Source: Felis catus
Lineage: Eukaryota
Length of the DNA: 64,000 bases
NCBI RefSeq assembly: GCF_018350175.1
Contig: NC_058368.1
Span: 176,578,001 to 176,642,000, forward strand
Direction: 5' to 3'
Each line of letters starts with the position of its first letter. Position 1 is the first letter of the stretch. The translations under genes were made by a program, and so were the position numbers. Below the pieces are notes generated by a model that saw only the letters and a program-made list of their open reading frames with translations, was not told where the DNA came from and did not search any database. Positions 24,930 through 37,322 of this stretch are shown here, piece after piece.

Positions 24930-25960
24930 GGGGGCGATGCGCTTTGCAGCGGTGACTCTGAGGGACTAGAGAGCCCCCAGCTGAGCGGACACCAGAGGGG
25001 GGCGCAGCCGGGGTGCGCGTGGGAACGTGGCCAAACCAAGGCAGCATGTGCCGCGGGGGCGCTGGCGGCTGGAAATTGGGGTACCCCTGCAAGCGCCCCC
25101 CTCTTTCAGCAGCTGCAGTCTCGGCACAAGGGCTGGCTTCTGGCCGTCGGAAGCCCTGGGGAGCCCTACTCCAGTCACCCCCCAAGGCGCCCCGGGCTCC
25201 CTCCTCAGCGCCCTCGGGCTGAAACAAAGGCGAGGGGGCGCGCGGCATCGCCCCAGCGGCCCCTTCGCGCCTCTGGCCAAGCAGGGCGATCGAGGACTGG
25301 GGTCCCCAAGGTAACCAGGACGCGGTACCCGTCCTCCCGGAGCGCAGAACCCCGCCGAGGGGCGCGCGCTAGCCGGGGTGCAGGAGGCACCGGAGACTCC
25401 AGCCCGCTGCGCGCCGAGGGCTCCGAGGGGTGGGGTGGCTCTCCGGAAGTCACCCAGCGGGTACCCTAGGGAGAAGAGAACCCCAGCGCCCGCCTCCCGG
25501 GCAGGGCTCCCCGGCGGCGTACCTGGCAGGGTCCGGTGCACCGTGTTGCCCATCGCTGCGTCGGGGCGCTGCGTCGGCGGCGGCGCGCTCGGGGCGCACG
25601 GAGGCTAATAACGCGGTGGGCCGGGCACCCGGGCCGGGGTCGGGCTCCGGGGCATCGCGGCTGCACCGGCGAGCCGGCGGGCTGCAGCTGGGGCGGGCGC
25701 CTGAAGGGAGGCGGCGGCAGCGGGAGGAGGCGGAGCCAACCGGCCCGAGCCCGCCGGCTCCGCCTCCGCCTCCCGCCGCCTCCAACCAAGCAGGGAGGGG
25801 CGGGGCCGCCGCCGCCGCATCTTTTGAAAGTTTGGACCGGGCGGCGGGAGCAGAACCGCCGAGCCTCCCGCTCGCGCGGCTCCCGCGCCCTGGGCGGGAA
25901 GACGCGTTGGCAGCCGGGTGCCTTCGGGGTGCCAGGCCCGTCATCGTGCTGGCCTGTCAC
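24930..25960 (-). promoter_or_regulatory. NEURL1B: CpG-island promoter / 5'UTR of NEURL1B
   Basis: Very high GC content with undepleted CpG around exon 1. GC boxes (GGGGCGGGGC near 25797-25806) and GCC/CGG triplet runs. The exact TSS cannot be determined from sequence. Confidence 0.9.
25523..25553 (-). CDS. NEURL1B: NEURL1B coding exon 1 (MGNTVHRTLP + first base of Asp11)
   Basis: ATG at 25553 in strong Kozak context (gcgATGG). Reads ATG GGC AAC ACG GTG CAC CGG ACC CTG CCA G, then donor GTACGC at 25522. Splices in frame (phase 1) to the exon at 7664 to give MGNTVHRTLPDPSPPARLLATRPCCGPGPERRPVLGEAPRFHAQAKGKNV, which matches the mammalian NEURL1B N-terminus as I recall it. Confidence 0.95.
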
Positions 25961-27530
25961 TCGTTTATTCCAACACTTAGAAAAGGCCTAGTGTATGCCA
26001 GGCCTCTTCCATGCGCTGGGCCATAGGGAGCCAAGCTCTCACCCTGGCGGTGCACTAATGCGGGGTTCCGGGGTGGAGAAGTACAGGCAGGCAGTGGAGG
26101 TCGCTTAAGGCAGTGTAAAGATAACCCAGTCGGGGTGGCCGCGGTGGGGGTAGGATCACGGACCTACGAATAAGAGAAACCTAGGCAGTATCCAAAGGTT
26201 GGGAGGAGGGAACATAGTAGAACACGTATTAAGTATATGCCAGGCGCTGTGCTGGGCACTGTAGATACAGACAAGGCATGCAAATGGTGAAAACAGAAAT
26301 AACAAGCAATTTAGATCACACAATATTATGATCAGAGTCAGCAGGGAAATAAGATAACTGTGACATTGTAACTTTGTTTGAGGGGTTTAGGGAGAACCTA
26401 GTGGCATGCCTGTTGCATCTGATGAAACAGCAAGGAATCAGCCATGGGAAGAGCTGGGGAGAGTGTTCTTGGCAGAGGGAGTGACAGGCATTCCTCATTC
26501 ATTCATTCACCCCACAGGTATTTTCTGAGCAGCTCTCCTATGCAAGAACCCAGACCAAACTCAATGGGAAGTGAAGCCTGCTAGTTCCTGCCCTCACTGG
26601 GCTCCATTTTGCAGATTGGAACACTGAGGCTCAGGAGGTGCAATGACTTACCCAAGAAAACCCAATACTAAACCAGGTTGTCTCCCCACCCCCCCTCCCT
26701 CCAGCCCTACTTTCCATGCTCTAGTATCCTTTATGAAATATGTATTATTACCCCACCTCACAGATAGGGAAATTGAGGCTCAGGGAACAGAAGAGAGGTG
26801 CCCAAAGTCTCCCAGCTGGCAAGGGGCAAAGGTGGCCTGGAGCTATGTGAATGAAATGGGGGAATCCAGGGGAGAGCCCCCTGGCTCTGTTTCTCCAGTG
26901 CCTTCTGTCTAGGGTTCCTGACCCATCCCAGAGGGTTCTCATTCTTCAAGTTAGCTCAAAGCCTCTGCCTCTGGGAAGCTTCTCCGTACCCCACCCACCC
27001 TGACTCCTATATATCTGGACATACGGTTGCCTTGTATTCAAGTTGCTAGTTTCTCATATTATAGGTGCTCTCTCAGTTACTTAATTTCTAAACACAAGTC
27101 CTGTTTGGAAAAGGTACATTAGTTCAAAAAACCCTCAATCCATGTGGGTTTGGGATGCATATAGAGGTCAGCCTTATTATAAAAGGAGTCAAGGAAATGT
27201 TACTCACGTAAAGCAATGCAGTGTGAATGGGACTTTGGGACTACGAAGGGAAGGTCACAAAGGGTGACTGCCAGGGAGATTAGTGTCAACAGACCTTTTA
27301 AAGGTACTTTCAGAGCATCCAACTAGGAGGCTGTGTTGTGTAGACCACAAATGCTTACCTGCAGCAAATGAAGCCTCAGCTGCCCTAATGTTATGCAGAT
27401 GGTACCCGCGGAGGGGACACAGTGTCCAGTGGCCAGTGATGTGTGTATCTAAAAGGGCTGTGTTTTAGCATCTTGATCCCTGTGAATGAGATGTGCTGTG
27501 GAAAACTAAAAAAGCACCCCCCCCCGCCCA

Positions 27531-27532
<2 letters not shown>

Positions 27533-27583
<51 letters not shown>
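27533..27583. repeat. (CA)n microsatellite, about 25 units, 2 kb upstream of NEURL1B
   Basis: Read directly. Confidence 0.95.
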
Positions 27584-27585
<2 letters not shown>

Positions 27586-30500
27586 AGATGATGGGGACAC
27601 TGACATCAAAGCCACACACAAAGAATTTGAACCAAATAGTTTCTTGAAATTTGAGAGTGGACAAAGGCAGTCTTTCCAAATTAATATTTCATGTAACAAT
27701 TATTCAAAATACATAGGTCACACTAAAAAACTAAACATTGGAAGTATATATCTATTTCAACTTCACCCTTTAAAGGTTAGACTATTCAGCTTTATGGTGC
27801 ATCTTCTCATTGGGGGAATAGAGGTTGCCGTTGACCTTTATTTGGGTTGCCTTATATTTGTGCACGTATGGTAGCTGCTCACCCCTCCAAGGTACCTCTG
27901 CACTTTGTTCTGTCCCTCAATTATACCCTTAGGGCAGGTGCCGTAGCCGTTAGCCTTACATCCACTCCACTGGCAGATGGGAAGCCACCTGTGGGCAGGA
28001 GCCTGGTAGTATTCATTTATACATCTTCAGTGCTCAGAACAGGACTGGCTATAAGCAGATGCTCAATACACCTTTGAATAAACTGGCCGCAGAAATGCAT
28101 TGCCCTGAACTGGGAGAAGAAAGGGAAGAAGGAGGGAAGGAAAGGAGGAAGGGGTAGGAAAGAGTTGTGAAGGAATGAGAATTAGTTGATAGTAGCCCTG
28201 GACTCTGGTGTGATCAATAGTGATACGTGTGGGGAGAAACAAACAAAATAGGGATGCATTAACAGAAGTGTAGCCTTTAGGACAAAGGAGGGGCTTGCTG
28301 CTCCAGTGCATGCTGATTAGACCATTCGAGGAGAAGGTGCTTTGACTCTGAGCACCGTACTTGGAAAGCAAGGCAAAAGTGATCCACAAAGGTGGGGACG
28401 GTGGCTCTGGGAGCGAGAAAGATCCCTGTCACAGGAGGCGTGCGAACAGAAGCAGGGGCTAGGGGAGCATCCTTGGGCCAGGGTAGCAGCCTCTGGCCAT
28501 AACCTCCCCTGGGGTTTGAATTTCACACCTCACCCCCCAACCCGTTCCCTTAACCATGCCCAGAATCCCACAGACTAAGCCACCCTCCCTTAGCACCAAG
28601 ACCTGTGCTTGGGCTGCAGGGGCCCCTGGGTGGGGCTGGCTCTCTTGATCGTGTGCAGTGTTGGCACAGTCTCCCAGGGCAGTGGGGAGAGGGAAGGCCC
28701 TGGCCAGGCTCGTGGGCACTGCTCCCTCAGGGCATGCCCTGGCAGGCCCTGCACCATGCAATCACAGGCAGTCAGGTGCACCTCGTAAAAAGGGCACACA
28801 CTGAGCTTGGGGGGGGGGTGTGTGAAAAGACCTCTTCTTCCAGGGAGCTGAAGGGTGTTTGCCTACACTCCTCCCCGCAACTCACTCAGGAACAGAAAAT
28901 CCAAGTTGCAATCAAACCACAAAGCCGGGTTTTTAAATTGCTACAGGAGGGCTCTACTTTCCAGTGAACTCCGCCTATCAAACCCTCAATTTCCAGACCT
29001 AGCGGGTCTTCACCCACAAAAGCGACGTTTTTCAGTTCCCGGTGACAAAGCGCCTCCCGGGTAGTGGGCACCAGGCTGTGCCCTGTGAGCGACCCTCCTC
29101 ACAATCAAACAGCGTGGTTAGTAACACAATTCCCATCTTGCAGGAGAGGAAGCTGCCGCAGGGAGAGAGGAGGGAACTGCCCCGTTCACAGGACCAGGAG
29201 GAGGCAGAACCCCGAGGGTTCTCTGTTCTCCCTTTTCACAGAGGAGGAAGCAGGCTCAGAGCACTGAAGCCACTCGGTGAGCAAATGATGTTTGTGTGGA
29301 TCCGAATCTGCTGCCCATTCCTTGGCAGCTAAGGCAAAAAGCGCAAGGGACTCATCCCGTGGCCTTCCTTGTCCTGGTTTTTCCAGGACGCACTTTTGGT
29401 GCTGGAGCAAGGGCCAAAGGGGAGCTCATCCTTGGTGCATGGGAAGGCTGAGTGGGTGGAACCTTCCTCCGAGTTTGCCCCAAGACACATCAACAACGTT
29501 CTGATGGATGGATCCCATGCTGGCCATCAGAAAAGATCAAGGGCTGACAGTTTTCCTGGAATCCAGCGGAGGCAGCTGTGTTAGAGGCTGGGGTCATGGG
29601 GGCCCAGAGCTCAGCTTTCTCGCAACACAGGGACAGAGCTGAGACACTCTGGAACACGTGGTCATTATGGTTATGCCACAGAAGCCCGCGGCAGGGGCTG
29701 AGCTGAAATTAATTTGTGCTCCCGATAACTTGCATTTACTGTGCAGTTACAATGAAAATTATGACACAGTAACAGCTAACATTTATTGAGTGTCAGAGTA
29801 CATCCTTTGGATGTATTAAGCTCACAGCAGCCCTAGGCGGTGGTGCTATTAAGAGGCCCATTTTATAGATGGGGAAACCAAAGCCCATAGAGTGCAGGGG
29901 CCACCACCACACAGGCAGAGAGCAGCCTGAGTGAACATATGAGGTCCATTTACTTAATCCTCATAACAACCCCATGAGCTAGGAAGGGAGTTAAGGGTTA
30001 GGGTGTTGCCTCCCAGCTCTTGTATTGGTTTCTTTTTAAGACCTTCTTCTCCATTCTGTGGGGCCTGTTGTGAGGCTCAGAGACGTGACGTGGTTTGCCC
30101 AGGCCTCACAGCCAAGAGGGCAGCATCAGGTTGGAGACCCGCCCCGCTCTGACCTCACCGTCTGCGCGCCCCTCCTCTTGGCCCCTGAGGTGGCCGAGAG
30201 CTTGGCGAGCCCAGCCCACCCTACCTAGAGCGACCTGCTCCAGTTCTGATCCGTTTTCGGAGTCCAGTGCCCAGCCGTGGCCTGGCCCTGGGAGAGCCTA
30301 CCGTTCCCTGCTGACTTCCTGGAGCTGTGGAGACCCCACCCAGGGGAACAAGGACTTTCAAAGAAAGACTGGAATCATGGACTGTGAGGCACTTAAGAGC
30401 CCAGCTTCAAATCCTAGCTCGGTTCTTACTACCTAGGCCACCTTGGGCAGTTTCCATGTCCTCTCTGTGCCTCAGTTTCTGCATCTGTAAAATGGAGCTA

Positions 30501-31097
30501 ATAGGAGTCCATATTTCGTAGGGTATTCGGAAGAGTAGTTCAATCAACGTGGCCTGGCATATCGTAAATGGTCAGGCTAGGTGAGCTGGGGAAGGGCTCG
30601 TCTTTCTCCCCGCCCTCCCACTCCTAAACTCACCCATCAGGCCCACAAGCTGGTTGAAGCCCTTCTTGGCCTCAAACCATTTCTACTGCAGAGAGGGTCC
30701 AGATAGGGCCAGAGCGGGCTGAGTTCAAGTCCTGGTTCTGCCTCTTCCTGGCTGGGTGGCTCCAGGCAGGTCATTTCACACCTGTGGAGCTTCACCTCCT
30801 CCTCTGTAAGGTGGAGAGATCATCTGTAAGCAGGCCAGACCTGGCTGGACACACCAGGTGCACTGCCTCCTGGCCTGGCCTGCCTGCTCACGTTAAGCAT
30901 GTTCCAGTGCTACCGAGCCTCTCATCTTGCTGGCTGTGTGTCTTTGCAGTTAGCGAACCTCTCTGAACATCAGTTGCCTGATCTCGAAGTGGGGAGGGTA
31001 ATAATGCTGACCTAATACTAGGTGATATAAACTTGCAGTGGGATGGTCTTCGGAATGTGCTTGGCACAGAACAGATGCCCAATAAATGTTTAATGAT

Positions 31098-31313
31098 GGG
31101 GCGGATGGGCGGCTCAGTCGGTTAAGCGTCCGATTCGTGACTCGGGCTCGGGTCGTGATCTCAACGGTTTGTGAGTTCGAGCCCTGCGTCGGGCTCTGGG
31201 CTGACAGTGCAGAGCCTGCTTGGGATGTTGTCTCCCTGTCTCTCTGTCCTTCCCCTGCTTGCTCTCCGTCTCTCTCAAAATAAATAAAAATAAACTTTTA
31301 AAACAAAAAAATA
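31098..31313 (+). mobile_element. CAN-SINE inserted into an L2/MIR 3' end
   Basis: ggggcggatgggcggctcagtcggttaagcgtccga... with B-box gagttcgagcc, CT-rich segment and A-tail. TSD aataaatgtttaatga. Confidence 0.93.
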
Positions 31314-33660
31314 AATAAATGTATGTATGTATGTATGTTTAATGAATGAATGGATTGATGAATGGATGGATGGATGAGTCCCAGGGGCAGGAACTGGGTC
31401 TCACTCACAGATCATGAGGTATTGGCTAAGGGCTCAGGCCCTGGAGCCAGGGGCCTGGGTTCATTGTCTGGCTTCCCTCTCATCTAGTTGTGTGACCTTG
31501 AGCATCTTACTCAACTTCTTTGTGCCTCACTTTCTTCATGCATAAAATGGACCAAGCCTCGTAAGATTTCTTTGAAGATTAAATCCTTACTTGTCAAATG
31601 CTTAGAACAGCGCCTGGCCTGTGGTAAATACTCAATGAAAGGAAGCCATGATTATTAGTTATTGATTATTGTTCTTCCTGGGGTCAGGCACTCAGCAAAG
31701 AGGCACGTTTTGCTAGAGGAACAGAGTGGAGAACTCTGGCTGGGCGTGGTGGGAGAAGCCTCCTCTCTTGGCTCGGAAGACTGCAGTATGTCTTTATGTC
31801 TTGGGGCAGCTCCTCTGGGCCAGGCCAGGAGCAGTCACATCTGGGGAGCCTGCGCAGGGGACCAGAGGCGTCATGCCAGCCTGGGGCTGATGCGAGGAGC
31901 GGGTCACGCCTGGCACGCTGGGACCCTTGGATGCCTGTTGTCCTGTGGTCTTTCTAGCAGTCTCAGTTGCCCCCAGCCAGCCCTGAACTGGCCCAGAGCA
32001 TCAAGGGAGTCACAGAGGCACCAGGGCAGTGCGAGCTCAGCAGGAGCCTGAGTTGGGGGATCCCAGGTTGGCCAGGATTTGAAGCAGCCTGGGGTCCCAG
32101 GCAGGTGGGGACATGCGTGTCCTCCTAGGCCACACCTTAATGTGCTGGGTCATATTTGTTCAGAGGGCAGGGCCACTTGTACCACGGACACGTTGGGTTC
32201 AGGTGGGCTCCAGAGTGGGGGGCAGGCACAAGACTTCCCCCAGCTCTGGCAGGTGATGCTACAGAGGGGAGAGTCCAGCTCTGGGCCCCTGGCTTAGGTG
32301 CATATCCAGCCTGCTACTGACCAGCCTTGGGGGGGGGCGGGTCCCTGAGCTGTCACGTGCCCACTCTAAGCCTCACCTTCCCCATCTATAGAATGGGGAC
32401 AACAATACCTGGTGTGGGAATGGGATGAGAAGCAGCCTGGAAAGGGGTCGGTGCAGAGTGGAGGCTCAGGCCCACTGCCTGAGGTTAGAATAGCCTCACA
32501 TTTAGAATAACATCCCGTGTAAGGCACACCGTTCCTCCAAAACACACGTGTAGTGCAAAGCAAGATCCGGCTGCATTTCTCAAGGCCTTGCCAGGAGCCA
32601 GGGTGAGGCTGTTAAAAGGCCAGAGAACGGAGGCATACCTCAGTGGGACAAGCTGACTCGGGGGAAGGATGTGAGCCAGTGGGCCACAGCAGGTGCAGCC
32701 GTGTTTGGTGTGGGCCCTGGGGCGAGCTGGCTTGGGTTCAAAACCCCCACTCTGCCCTTCCTCGGCCATGTGGCCTCTGGCAAGAGACTTCCTGCTCTGA
32801 GTCTCTGTTTCTCCCCCTGAAAAACGAGAAGAGTGGCAGGGTCTGTCTCCCTGGGTATTAGGAAAAGTAAATGAGGCCAGGTGGCCCTTATGTTGCCTCA
32901 GGGCCTGGCATGGAGCCTGGCACAGAGTAAGCCTTTCAGCTTCAGGAACCACCATTACTGTCCCAGGAGGAGAAAGGCTGGGGCCTCCGTCTGCTTTCTG
33001 CGCTGAGGGACCGCACTTCTCTTTAGGGACCTGAGAACCCCCCCCTTGCCCGTGCTGGAGCCCTCTCACTGCTGCCTGGCTCACGCTCAGAGGTTTCTGT
33101 CCTTCATCCCTGCCTGCATGGCTCAAGGAGAGACGTCTGTGCTGTGTGGCTAGGAGAGCTCAGGCACTGACTGGGACATGGGAAGCCCAGGATCAGCTCG
33201 GGGCTGCAGCACTTACCCATGAGGGGCCTGAGGCAGGCCTCAGTGTCCTCGTCTGTAAAATGGCCAAGAAAAAAAAATCAGAGTTGTAGGGTTGTTATGG
33301 GGATCAGCTGGGATTCGACGGGGACCATGACATACAAGCTATGGGTGTCTTAACCCCACAGTTGGATGTACAGGGCCAAGTAGGCAGTCCAGGTTTTGGT
33401 CACAAAGACCTGGGTTCAAATCCTGACTTTCCTTCTTAACTGCCCCGTGACTTCTGTCTTACGTGCCTTCGTGTCTCAGAGCGACGAGGACTCAGTGACA
33501 AGCCAAACTTTTGCAAAACCGGGACCTTCTATAAATGAGGGCCACGAATGCTCACAGAGATCTAAAAAGAGATCTGCCCTCTTCTCTCCCACCTCTCCCT
33601 GACGATTTCCAGTCCCTGCTTGCTCTGCCGCCACTGGGTGAAATCTCGGGAGGGCTCTTT

Positions 33661-33888
33661 TTTTTTTTTTTTTTTTAATTTTTTTCAACGTTTATTTATT
33701 TTTGGGACAGAGAGAGACAGAGCATGAATGGGGGAGGGGCAGAGAGAGAGGGAGACACAGAATCGGAAACAGGCTCCAGGCTCCGAACCATCAGCCCAGA
33801 GCCTGACGCGGGGCTCGAACTCACGGACCGCGAGATCGTGACCTGGCTGAAGTCGGACGCTTAGCAGACTGCGCCACCCAGGCGCCCC
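33661..33888 (-). mobile_element. Young felid CAN-SINE (SINEC_Fc-like)
   Basis: Full length with CpGs intact and a long T-tail. Perfect 15-bp TSD tcgggagggctcttt (33646-33660 / 33889-33903). L1 endonuclease-type TTTT/AA site. Confidence 0.97.
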
Positions 33889-35539
33889 TCGGGAGGGCTC
33901 TTTAAAACTCTATCCCGTGAGCATCCTGGGGTACCTGTTCTGTGCCAGGCCTACCGTCAGACCCTGGGGACCACAGGATGAGCGGCCACTCCTGCTGAGC
34001 CACCAGCAAGGATTGCCCATTGCACCCCAGCTGGTTCCAGAGAATCAGTCGGTCAGTCAAGGTGAGGTAGAAAGAGCTGAGGTCCTGGGCTAGTGGGGGT
34101 GGGTGCCTGGGAAGGAGCCACCTTCCTCCTCCTCCAGCCCCCAGAGCTCAGAGCCCCCCAGAGCCCCCAGAGCTAGTGCTTTCTGGTTCACAGAGTCATG
34201 TCCCTTTCATGGTCTCTCCGCCCATTTCACGATGAAGAAAATGAAGCTCGGAGGAGTGAAGGATTCACCTGAGGTCACGTAGCTGGATGTGGTGGACTCA
34301 GGCCCATCCCCGGGACCCTACAGCTGGGTACCTCCCTCTCACTGACCCCTCACTTCGAGAAGGAAGAGCCTCCTTTGGTCAAAAGAAAGGAGCCCATGAG
34401 AAGTGGCAAGAGCGCCTCCAAGAGCCAACAGTATCCCCCAGCTTGGGCGCTCCCAGGCTGTGCCGTAGAGCTAGTGACGTGACCTCTCTGTGCCTCAGGT
34501 TCTGTATGTGTAAAATGAAGTAAATACCAGAATCTCCCTAAGAGGGTTGTGAGGTTAAAGGAGTTAACAGGCCTGAAGCATTTACACTGGTATCTAGCAA
34601 TAATTAGCCCTCAAGAAATACGCGCCCGAGCAGCCACAGTTGCGGATTCTAACTCTTGCCTTAAACTACTCAAAAGCTTCTATCTACACTCTCCCGGTCT
34701 GGAATCCACTTCTGAGACTCTATCCCGAGGATGTAATCCTAGACGGATAGAGACTAAGCTACTAAATGCCCAGAGATGTTCGCTGCCCGCTCCGTGCACC
34801 TGCACAAAGTTACAAAATGATTTCTCCTACCATAGCGTGGGAGTAAATAGGCCTCACTCCACAGAAACTTACAGAGCTTCTGGCCCGTGGTGTTTTCCAA
34901 AGAGTTTATGGAGTCACAGGGAAGAAGGATTGTGTGTTAGCGTTAAGTAAGAAAGGCTGAACACACAGAACTGTAAACTCAGAATGATGCCAAGCTTGTA
35001 AAAACAAAGTAAGCAAATACACAATGTGTGTAGAAACGGGATGAAAGGAAATGCATCAAAATATGAGCAGCGATTATCTGGTCATAGGTAATGAGGGTGG
35101 TGTTTTGTCCTTGTTCTACCTGCTGGCGATTTCTAAATGTTCTCTAATAAGCATGTATAAAACTTTAACAGGGGCGAACTCAATAAACTGCTTCTCAAGA
35201 ACAGGGTTTTATCTGGGAGCCGAGACACTGCCTGATCTGTTCTTGGCATGTTGGCGTGGATTGGATGATCAGCTTTCTAGCAGCGAGTTGAACGCTGTGG
35301 GATGGGAGTATGACAGGTAGGGTTCACTGCGTCCATATTCCCTGGGCCCCAGCTCTGGGCCTGCTTTGGAGTGTGCACAGGAAGTGGGTGTGGGCAGAGG
35401 GCCAGACATGGGCACAGCTTGAAGTATTTTTGATACTAAGTTGGCTGGGGGTACAAAGAAAACATTCTGGGAACATTGCTGTCTTCAAGATCTTGCCATA
35501 TCCAAATGTTGCCTGCACTATTACTCACTTTATAGTTAG

Positions 35540-37322
35540 AAAAAAAATCGGTTGACCTAAAAATACTCAGAAAGCTATAGAATATTGTTGAGAGGAATCT
35601 CAAAAGGCTATACTAAATGGAGGGGCATACCATATGCATGGATGGCAAGACTCAATATGGTAAAAAATTTAGTTCTCTGCAAACTGATCTGTAGATTCAG
35701 CGTATACAACCCAAATCACAATCTTAACAAGCGTGTGCGCACGTGTTTGTCTGTGTGTTGTGTGTGTGTGTGTGAGAGAGAGTATCACTTAGAAAATAGA
35801 TTATAAAATCTATGTGGAAACGCAATGGGTGAAGGATAGCAGTTTTTTGAAAAAGAAGAACAAAGTGGGAGCATTTGCTTTACTGGAGACCAATACCTAC
35901 GATAAAGCTTGGTAAGCAAGACAGCATGGCATTTTTGCAAGGATAGACAAATAGACCAATGGACTAGAAGAGAAATGCCAGACATATATACGGACACATA
36001 TTTTATGACAAATGTGACATCACAGAGCAGTGGGGGAAGGACGATGTTTTCAATGACTAATGTTGAGTCAATTGGAAATCTATATAGAACAGACGTAAAA
36101 CTTGATTCCTACCTCACATCATTCACAGCATCAATTTTAGGGGGATTATAGATCTAAATGTTAAAGGCAAAATATTAAACTTCTAGAAAGTAACCTAGGA
36201 GAATATCTTCATGAACTCAGAGTGGGAGAAAGATTCTTTAACAAGATACACAAAGTGCTGGCCATAAAAAGGATGGATAAAATCACTCGATTAAAATTTT
36301 TTCAAAAGACACTACTAGGACAACAAAAAAGGAAGTTACCTAGTGGGCAAAGAGATATCGTACACACATCCCAACAAAGGACTTAACTTGTTTCCAGGAT
36401 AAACACAACTACAAATGGGTATGAAAAAGACTAACAACTCAATATAAAGATGAGCGAAAAACAGGTGCTTCACAACAAGCATGTTCCAATGACCAAATAA
36501 TATCCAAAAGGGCACTGAATCTCATCAATAATCAAAGAAATGAAAAAGTAAAGCCACAACGAGACAACACGGCACCCCAGCCAGACGGGCTAAAATGAAA
36601 CATTTTGACAATGCAAAGATATGGAGCAGGTGATGCTGATGGAAACATAGTGTGCAACAATCACTTTGGAAAAGTATTTGGCAGGATCTTTTATGGTTAA
36701 ACCTATATCTATCCCCATGATCCAGCAAAACCACTTCTAGATATATACCCAAAGAAACAACGTGTTCACATGAACTTAGATACTGTTTGTGATTGTTCAG
36801 AGCAGTTTTGTTCAACATAGCCCCAAACTGAGAACGCTCCAAATGTCCACCAACAGTGGGATGGATCAGTAACTCGGGCTATACTCCTACAATGGAACAC
36901 CCTACAGTAATGAGAATGAACAGAGCAGACCTGCCTGCTGGGTGGCTGGCACTGCCTCGCCAACTTGATGGTCCAGGAAAGAAGCCAGGCACCGGAGAGT
37001 ACCTACTATGTGACTCCATCCATGTGACGTTCAAACACAGACACGTACAGGTGTTAAAACTGTGCAGAAAGCAAGGAGCGACCGTCCTAAGACTCAGGAG
37101 AGAGGTCCCCTTTGAAGAGGAAGGAGGGGTACGAATCAGGATGGACCCAGGGCTTCTGAGGAGCTGCAAATGTTCTATTTCTTGACCTAGGTGTTTGGTT
37201 TTTGATAAGTTATCGAACTGCGCATTTTAGTTTTGATGTGAGCTTTAGCCACACACAATGAGTTCTCTCTCTGTGTTATGGTTCGCAATAAAAAGGTTCA
37301 AAGGAAAAAAAAAAAAAAAAAC
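35540..37322 (+). mobile_element. Old truncated L1 (ORF2 C-terminal remnant + 3'UTR + poly(A))
   Basis: Decayed ORF2 peptides WRGIPYAWMARLNMVKNLVLCKLICRF and KTAWHFCKDRQIDQWTR (compare L1 ORF2 WKNIPCSW.GRINIVKMAILPK.IYRF and KTAWYW...R.IDQWNR). AATAAA near 37287 and A-tail at 37304-37321. Many stops. Confidence 0.88.

Larger units (their letters stand above)
7665..25522 (-). other. NEURL1B: NEURL1B intron 1 (17,858 bp, GT-AG)
   Basis: Bounded by the exon 1 donor and exon 2 acceptor. Contains mostly MIR/L2 remnants and microsatellites; no other credible coding exon seen. Confidence 0.9.

Noticed and set aside
24966..26026. Multiple overlapping 150-200 aa Pro/Ala/Arg/Gly-rich ORFs on both strands
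   Set aside because: Expected from stop-codon scarcity in a CpG island. Only the first 31 nt of the 25553 ORF are supported as coding.
34136..34173. Short imperfect tandem repeat (gcccccaga-like units)
   Set aside because: Ordinary slippage-type repeat of 3-4 units with no further structure.
35540..37322. Domesticated or active L1 ORF2
   Set aside because: 5'-truncated and riddled with stops and frameshifts; it is an old fossil.
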